Of a stretch of DNA of 64,000 nucleotides, positions 10,092 to 18,813 are shown in pieces. Origin of the DNA: a virus. Its lineage: Duplodnaviria; Caudoviricetes. Below the pieces are notes generated by a model. That model saw only the letters and a list, made by a program, of their open reading frames with translations, had not been told where the DNA came from and did not search any database. The stretch lies in IMG/VR virus record IMGVR_UViG_3300037851_000360, positions 24,001-88,000 of that record; one strand, 5' to 3'. The translations under genes were made by a program, and so were the position numbers. The first letter of the stretch is position 1; each line of letters opens with the position of its first letter.

Positions 10092-10658
10092 GTGAATATC
10101 TTCTTCCTCAGTTTCAATCCCGAACAGTGTGCCCGATGGCACTTGGATAAGCATGTGGTCAAGATGCCTTTGGAGAGTACACAGATGCTCTTTTCGGCAT
10201 ACTATGCCTGTCTCGGGTTCAAGACTCCCAAGGAACGCAAAGCCAACATGGGCAAGGTGTGGGAACGATTCAAGACACTTCCGCGTGTGGATGACAAAGG
10301 TCGTCCTGCTCCATACGGAATGTCTCATTTCAACCACCCATCTACCAAGTGGGCGAGAGAATGTATCGAGAATTGGGAATGGCTACACAGCCTCGCAATG
10401 TCTCTGTGTGAGGAGTATCACCGTCGATACGGTCCGAAGCCTCTGAAGGTTGAGCCACTTCTTATATGGATGTGGCAGAACAAACCTGAACTTCCGTCGA
10501 ACGGGGGCAAAATAACCCCTCCTCCACTTTGTATGCCCGACGATTCAAAAGTAGTTGACAACCCGATTGAATCGTATCACAACTATTACATCAGACATAA
10601 GAAGGACTTCGCCACATGGAAGTCTCCGTCAAGAAAACCCAAATGGTATAAAAACTAA
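10092..10658 (+). CDS. pyrimidine-dimer DNA glycosylase / endonuclease V family protein
   Basis: MNIFFL...HLDKHVVKMPLESTQML, HFNHPSTKW and YHNYYI..K motifs typical of the phage family. Confidence 0.75.
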   Translation: MNIFFLSFNPEQCARWHLDKHVVKMPLESTQMLFSAYYACLGFKTPKERKANMGKVWERFKTLPRVDDKGRPAPYGMSHFNHPSTKWARECIENWEWLHSLAMSLCEEYHRRYGPKPLKVEPLLIWMWQNKPELPSNGGKITPPPLCMPDDSKVVDNPIESYHNYYIRHKKDFATWKSPSRKPKWYKN

Positions 10659-11650
10659 TGAGCGATAACAACGAAGATTTTTCAATGGCAGATTTCGGAA
10701 CCGAAGGTGCTGAAAAAAACTACGGCACAAAAACCTCGGAGCCTCCACAGGCTGCAAATGAGGAAAAATCCGAAAAGAAAGGCGCAAAGGGATTCTGTCA
10801 GTGGACCGAGACCGAGCCATCTACTTTCATGGCTGTTGGTAAGACCACTGCCACGCTGACCTCCGGTGTTTACGCCATTGATCAAGATCGTGGCACTCCA
10901 ATCTTCATCCAAAAGGATGTGAAGGTTGACGACCTCATTGAATTTCCAAACTCCAAGTCGGATCGAATCCTCACGGAAATCGAAGACTTCTGGAAAAAGG
11001 GTTCAGTATTCAAGCAGTATGGATTTCTCCACCGTCGCGGTTACCTCCTCTATGGTGATCCGGGTGGCGGTAAGACATGCTTGGTGCAACAGGTCATCAA
11101 GCGAATCGTCAAGAACAACGGAATCGTTTTCCTGTGCGGTCATCCGAATGTGTTCGGTGAAGGACTTCGCGTTTACCGCAAGGTTGAACCGGATCGCCAA
11201 ATCGTCTGCATTCTTGAAGACGTTGATGCCATCATCGAACAGTTCGGAGAAGACGAAATCCTCTCCCTGATGGATGGTGAAAATCAGGTTGACAAGGTGA
11301 TTAACATCGCCACGACCAACTACCCGGAACGTCTCGACAAGCGCATCACCGGTCGCCCTCGCCGGTTCGACCGCATCATCAAGATTGCTATGCCTGACGA
11401 AGCAGTTCGTCGCGTCTACTTCAAGATGAAACTTCACATCGATGATAACGAAGTCGAAAAGTGGGTCAAGGCAACCAAGGATTTCAGTTTCGCCGCCATG
11501 GCGGAATTGGTCATCAGTGTGAAGTGTCTCGACCACCCGTTCGAAAAGTCGGTCGATACGTTGAAAAAACTCATGACCAACAAGCCAAAATCGACCGACT
11601 CAGGAGACGAGGAAGACGAGCCAAGAAAAGCAGGATTTGGATTCTCTTGA
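10658..11650 (+). CDS. AAA+ ATPase
   Basis: Walker A GDPGGGKT, Walker B ILEDVD, sensor ATTNYPERLD and RPRRFD. Confidence 0.9.
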   Translation: MSDNNEDFSMADFGTEGAEKNYGTKTSEPPQAANEEKSEKKGAKGFCQWTETEPSTFMAVGKTTATLTSGVYAIDQDRGTPIFIQKDVKVDDLIEFPNSKSDRILTEIEDFWKKGSVFKQYGFLHRRGYLLYGDPGGGKTCLVQQVIKRIVKNNGIVFLCGHPNVFGEGLRVYRKVEPDRQIVCILEDVDAIIEQFGEDEILSLMDGENQVDKVINIATTNYPERLDKRITGRPRRFDRIIKIAMPDEAVRRVYFKMKLHIDDNEVEKWVKATKDFSFAAMAELVISVKCLDHPFEKSVDTLKKLMTNKPKSTDSGDEEDEPRKAGFGFS

Positions 11651-11681
11651 TTGAAAAAATCACTTTTTTCTCTGTGGGGAG

Positions 11682-11690
11682 ATATTTATA
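11682..11690 (+). promoter_or_regulatory. putative late promoter motif ATATTTATA
   Basis: Intergenic, upstream of 11717. Confidence 0.55.
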
Positions 11691-11716
11691 ACTGAACTTC
11701 AAACCACAGAGAAATT

Positions 11717-11863
11717 ATGAGAATTTTCAAAACAGGCGTAGAAATCACACTCCAGCAGGCAATCGATCAGGGTCTCGTTACCGTCGATGGTCAAGGCAAC
11801 GTTTGGTTGGCTAAAGACACCGCCCACCTCGTCAAGATCACGGGCGACTTGATTCTACCTTAA
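11717..11863 (+). CDS. small hypothetical protein (48 aa), absent from the supplied ORF track
   Basis: MRIFKTGVEITLQQAIDQGLVTVDGQGNVWLAKDTAHLVKITGDLILP*; fills the gap behind the promoter motif. Confidence 0.6.
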   Translation: MRIFKTGVEITLQQAIDQGLVTVDGQGNVWLAKDTAHLVKITGDLILP

Positions 11864-11884
11864 TATCAACCCCACCAAACGGTT

Positions 11885-12211
11885 ATGAGCAACACAGACT
11901 TGAAGTTTTACGTCGCTGACTCCACCTTGAAAAAGGGAAGTCAGACACCAGTTTTCATCTACGACTCTACAGCAGAGTTAGTACGCCACCTTGAAGGAAC
12001 GGTCTTCCGTCAATTCAACAAGACGCGTGCACGCTTTATGGAAGACGCTGCCGACATGGGCGTAGCCGAAGACGATAATATCGGAAGAGCATTCACGGAA
12101 CTATTGACCGAGTATTTCAACATCGGATTCATTAAGAACAACGTTCCGATTCGAAAGAACATTTTCGAAGCCGACCACTATCTCCGTCGCACAGACGTTC
12201 ATGGCGATTAA
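11885..12211 (+). CDS. hypothetical protein (108 aa)
   Basis: ORF with phage-like codon usage. Confidence 0.7.
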   Translation: MSNTDLKFYVADSTLKKGSQTPVFIYDSTAELVRHLEGTVFRQFNKTRARFMEDAADMGVAEDDNIGRAFTELLTEYFNIGFIKNNVPIRKNIFEADHYLRRTDVHGD

Positions 12212-12251
12212 CCTTGACAATCCCATAAAAGTTTTCAATCGTTGATGACTT

Positions 12252-13907
12252 ATGGGGTTGGATATCAAATGGTCTTCAGCAAGACGAGTAATGACGAGCA
12301 ATGGCCCGTCATATGTTCGTAGTTGGGTCATACCCGTTCAACTCCTAACGGGCTTCTTTCAGTTCTGGAATGAGAACAAACTTGGTTTGAAACTTGACGG
12401 ATACTCCGTCAGCAAAAACCAAGAGGATAAGTGGCAATTCAATGAATGGAGAAAGCGCCTAACCGACTTCAAGGATTTGGGCTCGTCTCAGCCCGCCAAG
12501 GTAATCACCATTCCAGAAAAAAGTTCGCTCGTTCTTGAGCCATTGCGTTTCCCACAAGGTCTCAGGGAATGGCAACCACCGGTCGTTCAGCAATTGGTGG
12601 CATCGATTAAGAAGTGTGGAGCAGCAATCGACGGCTCGGATACCGGAACCGGAAAGACATACACGGCAGTTGCCGTGGGTCGTGAGATGGATTTGGAAAT
12701 CGCAGTTGTTTGCCCAAAAGCCGTTATCACGGCATGGAAGAGGGTAATTCGCAACCACTTCAAGATGACTCCAATTTTCGTCATCAACTATGAAGCATTG
12801 AAGGGTGGAAAGCAGAAGCACATTGCCACATGGGAAAAGGTAAGTAAGAAGTGTAAACGGGAAACCTTCGTATGGAAGATGCCCAACCCGAAACAAACAC
12901 TCATCATTTTCGACGAGAGCCATCGATTAAAGTCGGGAACAACAATCAACTCCGAAATGGCTCTGGCGGCACACAAGCAGGGATACAACATCCTTTGTTG
13001 TTCAGCAACAAACGCCATCAATCCAATTGAACTAAAAACGGTTGGAAAGATTCTTGGTCTTCACTCTGGCTCTTCCAAGGGCTTTGCTCAGTTTCTTCAA
13101 GAGCATGATTGTGCAAAGGGAAGATTTGGTTGGGAGTTTGGTGGAGACCAAATGGTGTTGAAGAAACTCCACTTCGACATTTTCAAGGAACGTGGTGCTC
13201 GCCTAAAGAAAGAGGAGATTCCCGGATTCCCCGAATGCGATCTTGTCGCAGAAGCCTATGACATGGATGAGCAATCCAAGGCGGATATCAATCAGATTCA
13301 CTTCGACATGAAGCGAGAACTGGATAAGATCAACAAGACCATCAAGAACGAATCTGAGAAGATGGCAAATGCTCTCACCGCACAACTTCGCGCACGACAG
13401 AAGACCGAACTCATTAAGGTTCCGCTCTTTGTTGAAATGGTAGAGGAGGCAATTGAAGATGGAATGTCGGTCGTAATCATCGTAAACTTCACCGAAACGA
13501 TCAAAGCCCTTCAAGAGAGATTAAGTAAATTCGGCGACATTCCTATCATATGGGGTCTCGATCCAAAAAATCGCCAAGCCAACATCGACAAGTTCAATGC
13601 AGACGAGGCTCGGATTATCCTTGTCAACATCAAGGCGGGTGGTGTAGGATTGAGTTTACATGACCTCAACGGAAAATATCCTCGGTTTGCCATCATTTCA
13701 CCCGGACCATCAGCCGTCGAACTTCGACAGGCAACCGGTCGTGTTTGGAGAGCAGGAGCGTTGACCAAGGCTATGCAGAGAATCGTCTTCGTCGCCGGTA
13801 CGGTTGAAGAGGGAATCTGCGAGCAACTAAAAACGAAACTTGATCACCTCGATCAAATTAATGACGGCGACTTATCAACCAACGAATTTTCTATCATACA
13901 GGAATGA
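12252..13907 (+). CDS. SF2 (SNF2-like) DNA helicase
   Basis: DTGTGKT (motif I), IIFDESH (II), SAT (III), GGVGLSL (V), QATGRVWR (VI). Confidence 0.9.
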   Translation: MGLDIKWSSARRVMTSNGPSYVRSWVIPVQLLTGFFQFWNENKLGLKLDGYSVSKNQEDKWQFNEWRKRLTDFKDLGSSQPAKVITIPEKSSLVLEPLRFPQGLREWQPPVVQQLVASIKKCGAAIDGSDTGTGKTYTAVAVGREMDLEIAVVCPKAVITAWKRVIRNHFKMTPIFVINYEALKGGKQKHIATWEKVSKKCKRETFVWKMPNPKQTLIIFDESHRLKSGTTINSEMALAAHKQGYNILCCSATNAINPIELKTVGKILGLHSGSSKGFAQFLQEHDCAKGRFGWEFGGDQMVLKKLHFDIFKERGARLKKEEIPGFPECDLVAEAYDMDEQSKADINQIHFDMKRELDKINKTIKNESEKMANALTAQLRARQKTELIKVPLFVEMVEEAIEDGMSVVIIVNFTETIKALQERLSKFGDIPIIWGLDPKNRQANIDKFNADEARIILVNIKAGGVGLSLHDLNGKYPRFAIISPGPSAVELRQATGRVWRAGALTKAMQRIVFVAGTVEEGICEQLKTKLDHLDQINDGDLSTNEFSIIQE

Positions 13908-14254
13908 AGCCAGATACTTATCCAAAGGAAACAATGAAATACACCGCCGAATCAGTGAATTGGAGGCTGGTAATCGACATTGATGAAAACGTGTTCGATG
14001 CTGACACTGCATTTATGGAAGCCGCTACACGCGGAGCAGAGCAAGCATTTCGAGAATACAAGAACAATTTCCTCTGTGGGCCTTACATCGAAGTGTCTTG
14101 TAAGAATGCCCAAGGCGAACTTATCACCAAATACGTCAACGCATTCTTCGTTCTCCTGAATGCCGCCCTCTATAAAAAGGCTGAGGAACTTCGAACGAAC
14201 TTTCAGACTCGTTCTGAAGAAAAGATAGATTTGGCGAAACAGCCATATTTATAG
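13904..14254 (+). CDS. hypothetical protein (116 aa)
   Basis: ORF overlapping the helicase stop. Confidence 0.65.
   Translation: MKPDTYPKETMKYTAESVNWRLVIDIDENVFDADTAFMEAATRGAEQAFREYKNNFLCGPYIEVSCKNAQGELITKYVNAFFVLLNAALYKKAEELRTNFQTRSEEKIDLAKQPYL
14245..14253 (+). promoter_or_regulatory. putative late promoter motif ATATTTATA
   Basis: In the last codons of the previous ORF, upstream of 14273. Confidence 0.5.
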
Positions 14255-14272
14255 ATAGAACTCAAATAGGTT

Positions 14273-14770
14273 ATGTCAATCGGAGGTGTAAAGCGTATTC
14301 TGCTGGAATCCGAGATTCGTGCGGCTCAACAAGTCGGAATCTCTGCAAGGCAGTGCGCCCGCATCCTTGGGGTGCATGTTGCGACCTACAAGAAATACGC
14401 GAAGGCATACGGGCTCTACACACGCGTTCTTAACCGCAATGGCAAGGGTCTGAAAAAAGAAAAATCCGCATTCGTGGGAAAGTATCCTATTGGTGAAATA
14501 TTGGAAGGAAAGCACAACAGCAACTCCTACCTCACCCCCGTCTACGTTTACCGAAAACTGATTCGATCCGGTGTTAAAGAAAATAAGTGCGACATATGCG
14601 GGTTCTCCGAATGTCGGATCACCGATGACAAGTTCCCACTTATTTTAGTTGGCAAAGACGGAAATCGCCATAATTACCACAAAGACAATATTGAGATTGT
14701 CTGCTACAACTGCTATCACAACTTCTACAACGGGTTCGCTGGAAAGCCTACCGCCAAAATAAATGGATAA
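14273..14770 (+). CDS. HTH plus Zn-ribbon (HNH-like) protein
   Basis: N-terminal ARQCARILGVHVATYKKY HTH; CDIC...C and VCYNCYH Cys pairs with NYHKDNIE. Confidence 0.5.
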   Translation: MSIGGVKRILLESEIRAAQQVGISARQCARILGVHVATYKKYAKAYGLYTRVLNRNGKGLKKEKSAFVGKYPIGEILEGKHNSNSYLTPVYVYRKLIRSGVKENKCDICGFSECRITDDKFPLILVGKDGNRHNYHKDNIEIVCYNCYHNFYNGFAGKPTAKING

Positions 14771-15224
14771 CCAAGACCACTACCAGATTCTATTAGAAAA
14801 CGCCCGAAAAGAGATTGAGATTTACAATCGCGGTCTTCAAGCCGTTTTGGAGAAGAAGCGTGTTCGTGACGAAAAGCACGCCAAGTTCCTTCGCATAATC
14901 AACAAGCAAGTGAAGAAGTGGAACACGGGCAAGGAAAAGGCGGAAACAAGAATTAAAGAAATTGAAGCCTTGATGGCGTCGGAGAGAAAGACCGGAGAAA
15001 AACCGGTCATGTCGCAGGAAAAGAAATTCCCGATATACTCACCCGCAAAGCCTGAAATTCTATCTCTCCCTGTGATGCCAGAGTCAGACGTAAAGGTGCC
15101 GTTCGATGTAGTAGACAATTCGGCACAAGAAGCGGTATCTGTCAAGAACGAGGCGACCGGTGAGGAAGTTTCACTCACCGAAGAAGAACTTCGTCAATTG
15201 GAAGATTTGGCGAAGGAAGATTGA
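14763..15224 (+). CDS. hypothetical coiled-coil protein
   Basis: Charged helical N-half, acidic tail. Confidence 0.65.
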   Translation: MDNQDHYQILLENARKEIEIYNRGLQAVLEKKRVRDEKHAKFLRIINKQVKKWNTGKEKAETRIKEIEALMASERKTGEKPVMSQEKKFPIYSPAKPEILSLPVMPESDVKVPFDVVDNSAQEAVSVKNEATGEEVSLTEEELRQLEDLAKED

Positions 15225-16277
15225 TTACTTGTAGCCAAGTGCCTTCTTGATATCATCAATTGCACGCTTTTCTTTGATATCAAAAGCCTTCGACAATTCG
15301 TCTTTAAGATCGCGAATTGTGCTCGTATCTTCCAACTGCTGAATTTCGTCTACCATCTTCTTGAGGGTACCATCTTTCAAGTCATGGAGTTCTGATTTTA
15401 CGTGCCCTGCCATCTCAAACACACGTGGTAGCATGGTTGCAATAACCCGACCGAAAAGAGCAGCGATTTGCTCAAATACACTGAAGATGGCACCGATGAT
15501 TGGATTCGACGCCGCACCAATTCGTAGAATGAGGAATAGAACACCGAAGCCTGTCAAGAGCCACATTGCGTTACGAACAAAAATCCAGACACCGTGCTTG
15601 ATAGCATACCATCCCCACGCGCTGTCGAATTTCTTCAACTCTGCCTTTAACTCATCGACTTCGATTGTTGATTGGGCGAGATTGTCGGTAATGGTGTCGA
15701 TTGACTTTCCCTGTTCTAGCAACTTCATCTTCAACTCTTCAACCTGCTTGATGAGCAATGCCTGATCCCTCTCCGATTTTTCTTGTAGTTTGATGTATTC
15801 GGAGTCGAGGTTGGCGAGAAGTTTGGCACCCTCTGAATTTCTGGCAGCGAGTTCGGCGTTGGCGACCTTCAATTGTTCTCCGGATACTCGCTCCTTTACC
15901 AAGTCGGATACGAGTTGATCAACCGCCGTATGAACTTGATTCTTTTCTTCAATGTTTGGATCGCCTGCGAGACTCTTGGTTCTGTCGTTCATCTGCGTTG
16001 CCACAGTGACGGCAGCGCCATCAACGGGAGGAAGTGATGCCGTGTTCACCTTATCAAGTGCATGGTCGGTTCCTTCAGCATACACACCAATAGCGTCGAG
16101 TTTCTTTTCGTTGTTTTGTGCAACGACTTGCTCGGCAGCGTTCAATTTATTAACTTGTGTAGTCGCCTGCTTCGTTCCAGAATTGCTGCTCTTGATGAAC
16201 TTAGGAACGAGATTACAGGATGTTGTAGTCAATGCCACAAACATCATGAAGACCATTATTGCTTTCTTGAATTTCAT
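15225..16277 (-). CDS. lipoprotein with coiled coil and C-proximal membrane segments (unimolecular spanin-like)
   Basis: Signal peptide ending TTTS-C, long heptad region, hydrophobic WLLTGFGVLFLILRIG...IIGAIFSVF. Confidence 0.5.
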   Translation of the reverse strand: MKFKKAIMVFMMFVALTTTSCNLVPKFIKSSNSGTKQATTQVNKLNAAEQVVAQNNEKKLDAIGVYAEGTDHALDKVNTASLPPVDGAAVTVATQMNDRTKSLAGDPNIEEKNQVHTAVDQLVSDLVKERVSGEQLKVANAELAARNSEGAKLLANLDSEYIKLQEKSERDQALLIKQVEELKMKLLEQGKSIDTITDNLAQSTIEVDELKAELKKFDSAWGWYAIKHGVWIFVRNAMWLLTGFGVLFLILRIGAASNPIIGAIFSVFEQIAALFGRVIATMLPRVFEMAGHVKSELHDLKDGTLKKMVDEIQQLEDTSTIRDLKDELSKAFDIKEKRAIDDIKKALGYK

Positions 16278-16280
16278 AAC

Positions 16281-17294
16281 TTACTTGGTTGCGTGAAAGA
16301 TGGATTCCCATACTGGCACGGTCTTTTCCAAACCAGCCTTGTTTAGTTCTTCCCAATTTCCACATTCTGCCAGTTTGATCATGTGGTCGATTCTTCTTGC
16401 GATTGACTCACGGATTTGACCGGCGTTGATATTTCCTACCTTGGCAACTTTCACTGCCTGTTCATTTGTGAAGCCTTTTTTCATTCCCGTTGCGTTCTCA
16501 CGAACGTCAATGTTGTGATAGATTGACTCCATAAGGTTGACGAGTTCCGTCAACTTGTGCTTGTAAGGGCAGTCAGGAAGACCACAGTTTTCAAATGCTT
16601 TGCGAAGACGATCCGACTTGTCAGCGACCGAGTGAATCTCAGTCATATCAAGACGATTCTTTTCGCCAAAGTTTTCCTTGTTCTCTTCTCCACTGATGAT
16701 GGTGTGGTCATCCTTCACGGTGTGCTTCGTCGTTCCTGCAAATTCTTCTTCAAGAGGAGGAGTTTCCTTCTTGTTTTCTTTGTCGTGGGTGTAAGCGGAA
16801 ATGGTCCATCTCTTACCCTTCATATCAGAAGTTAGACCTTTTCCGAGCATTTTTGCCCCGCCTTCTTGGATTGGTGATAATGGAGCCGGGCTTGACAATC
16901 CAATTGCTGACACGCATACCACATTGGCTGTGTCTCGGTCGGCATCAGGAAATTCAGGAGTTCCACCGATTTTGCCAGAATATTGTTGGGTATCTTTGAA
17001 ATTTTCATCCGCTTCCTTCCCGTCTTTCAATTCATCTGCCAATCCAGCACGTTTCATTCCGCTGTAGTACTTTGGATTTTCCTTGAGGTGATCGAGGGCA
17101 ATCTTTGCAGCCTGACGGGGGTCGGTCGTGTGTTCCATCTCGACCTTGATTCCCATGATAAGTTCGTTCTTATCAATCTTCAATGCGGCAACTGGCGCGG
17201 CAACAACTGGTGCTGCTGGCGCTTGAACTTGTGCCAAGCCGGGCGATGACAAACCCAACGAGTGTATTTCTGTAAAGAATGATTTGAATTTCAT
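16281..17294 (-). CDS. putative internal head protein with DUF5661-like domain
   Basis: GIKVEMEHT...AKIALDHLKENPKYYS motif; CTS-like start MKFKSFFTE. Confidence 0.55.
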   Translation of the reverse strand: MKFKSFFTEIHSLGLSSPGLAQVQAPAAPVVAAPVAALKIDKNELIMGIKVEMEHTTDPRQAAKIALDHLKENPKYYSGMKRAGLADELKDGKEADENFKDTQQYSGKIGGTPEFPDADRDTANVVCVSAIGLSSPAPLSPIQEGGAKMLGKGLTSDMKGKRWTISAYTHDKENKKETPPLEEEFAGTTKHTVKDDHTIISGEENKENFGEKNRLDMTEIHSVADKSDRLRKAFENCGLPDCPYKHKLTELVNLMESIYHNIDVRENATGMKKGFTNEQAVKVAKVGNINAGQIRESIARRIDHMIKLAECGNWEELNKAGLEKTVPVWESIFHATK

Positions 17295-17296
17295 GA

Positions 17297-18409
17297 TTAC
17301 TTCTTCTTCATCTCCCTCATGATGGAACTGATTGATTCAATTGAGCGACCTTGTGTTCTTTGAGCGACACCGTTTCGCATGATTTCAGCAATGGAGTCTG
17401 GAACTACTTGTTTCTTAGGTGTCATTCCACGAATGATGGAAGCAATCTCATTGACGTTTACTTTGTCGTCTGGCAATTCTTCTGATCTGTTGATTCCGAG
17501 CATTTGTAGTCCTGAGTAATAGTTTGGGTTTTTCTTAATGTTGGCAATGGCGATCCTCTTGGATTCGTCTTTGTCTTGGTCGAATCGACGAGACATTTCG
17601 TATTTGATTCCGATGAACAATTCATCCGGATCAATACCGGGCTCTTTGAGGTCTTCTGGCTTGATCGAGTCATATGGTGCCCAACCCATCACCGTATTTC
17701 CGTTCATCGGTATTTCTCTCGATCCGAGAGTAGATGAACCAGCAAATTTGTTTGGATTCTGTCTTACACCGGGAGAAGCAAATGTTCCGAACGCACCCAA
17801 CGGAGCAACGGCACCACCGGCTGATCCATATCCACCGGAACTTCCACCATATTGACAGAACTCTTTCAAAACAGCCTTCTTCCAATCCTTGTCGCTATAG
17901 AGAATCTTGCTGAATGCAAGTTCCTTTCCTACGAATCTTTGATCCCCGACAAACTCATCTCCCTTACCTTTCTTTAGGTATGCGATGGTTACGTGAGGAT
18001 GATAGTCAGTGTATGAATTCTTCCAATTGACGTTATCCTTGATCAAGCCATTCAATTCATGAAGGTCTTCTGACTTGACTTCGATCTTGAGAACGTCGAA
18101 TTTCTCATTTCTGAATTTGGATACGACGCCGAGAGAAGCGGAGAGTGGAGTTTCAATCTGACCGATCAATTTCTTGACCTGATCCTTTCCGCCATTTTCA
18201 ACTCCATACAATACGGTGATGTGGGGATCATCTTCACGCCCCTTAATATCATCCTCTTCATCGACGTAAATGTAATCCTCGGGGATAGCCTTAATGAATT
18301 CCATCAACTCTGGAAAGTGTGGAACTCTAACCATTACAGTTTCCTCGAACCCTTCAGCACCCTCAGTCAAGAGAGCCTTCATCATTGATCTGTAGGTTAC
18401 GTCTTTCAT
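17297..18409 (-). CDS. 2H phosphoesterase (Acb1/2'-5' ligase-like) fused to a DUF5661-like domain
   Basis: Two HxT motifs, PHITVLY and PHVTIAY; C-terminal GIKYEM...IAIANIKKNPNYYS. Confidence 0.75.
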   Translation of the reverse strand: MKDVTYRSMMKALLTEGAEGFEETVMVRVPHFPELMEFIKAIPEDYIYVDEEDDIKGREDDPHITVLYGVENGGKDQVKKLIGQIETPLSASLGVVSKFRNEKFDVLKIEVKSEDLHELNGLIKDNVNWKNSYTDYHPHVTIAYLKKGKGDEFVGDQRFVGKELAFSKILYSDKDWKKAVLKEFCQYGGSSGGYGSAGGAVAPLGAFGTFASPGVRQNPNKFAGSSTLGSREIPMNGNTVMGWAPYDSIKPEDLKEPGIDPDELFIGIKYEMSRRFDQDKDESKRIAIANIKKNPNYYSGLQMLGINRSEELPDDKVNVNEIASIIRGMTPKKQVVPDSIAEIMRNGVAQRTQGRSIESISSIMREMKKK

Positions 18410-18723
18410 CCTAACAAAATGTCTCTCTTTGGTTGTGGCTGTTCGTAAATTCCCATACGTCCCTTGAGCATTCTCAATGCTGCCTTTGGATTCATTCTTC
18501 CGGCGTTAAACCCGATGATGCCATACTTTGCACAGAACGATTCCAATTCTTTCAAATCCTCTTCCGGCCATTCGTTTACATTGGTTCCCGGAGGAGCGAT
18601 GAACGCGTTGCGTTCCTCCGACCGTTCTTGCTCTTGCCTTTTTTTAGCAAGTAGCATTGCAACCGGATCGAAGGTGGGCTGCTTGAAAAAACTCATATCA
18701 CCTGTGTTGAAGGTAGACGACAT
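18406..18723 (-). CDS. hypothetical protein (105 aa)
   Basis: First gene after the late motif at 18728. Confidence 0.7.
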   Translation of the reverse strand: MSSTFNTGDMSFFKQPTFDPVAMLLAKKRQEQERSEERNAFIAPPGTNVNEWPEEDLKELESFCAKYGIIGFNAGRMNPKAALRMLKGRMGIYEQPQPKRDILLG

Positions 18724-18727
18724 ATCC

Positions 18728-18736
18728 TATAAATAT
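18728..18736 (-). promoter_or_regulatory. putative late promoter motif ATATTTATA
   Basis: 4 nt upstream of the ATG at 18723 on the minus strand. Confidence 0.6.
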
Positions 18737-18759
18737 GCCAAGGCAAGAGATTACACAAC

Positions 18760-18788
18760 AAAAAACCCCGGTATTTCTACCGGGGTTT
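18760..18788 (-). terminator. intrinsic terminator
   Basis: 11-bp stem aaaccccggta/taccggggttt, 4-nt loop, U-tract on the minus strand, downstream of 18814..21027. Confidence 0.85.
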
Positions 18789-18813
18789 GATGTGATATTC
18801 TATCCCTTAGTTG

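Noticed and set aside
14252-14272. Stop-codon reassignment (two in-frame TAGs separating same-frame ORFs 13904 and 14273)
   Set aside because: Large genes (terL, portal, capsid, the 2078-aa ORF) are intact under the standard code; the first TAG is part of the late motif ATATTTATAG that serves the downstream gene
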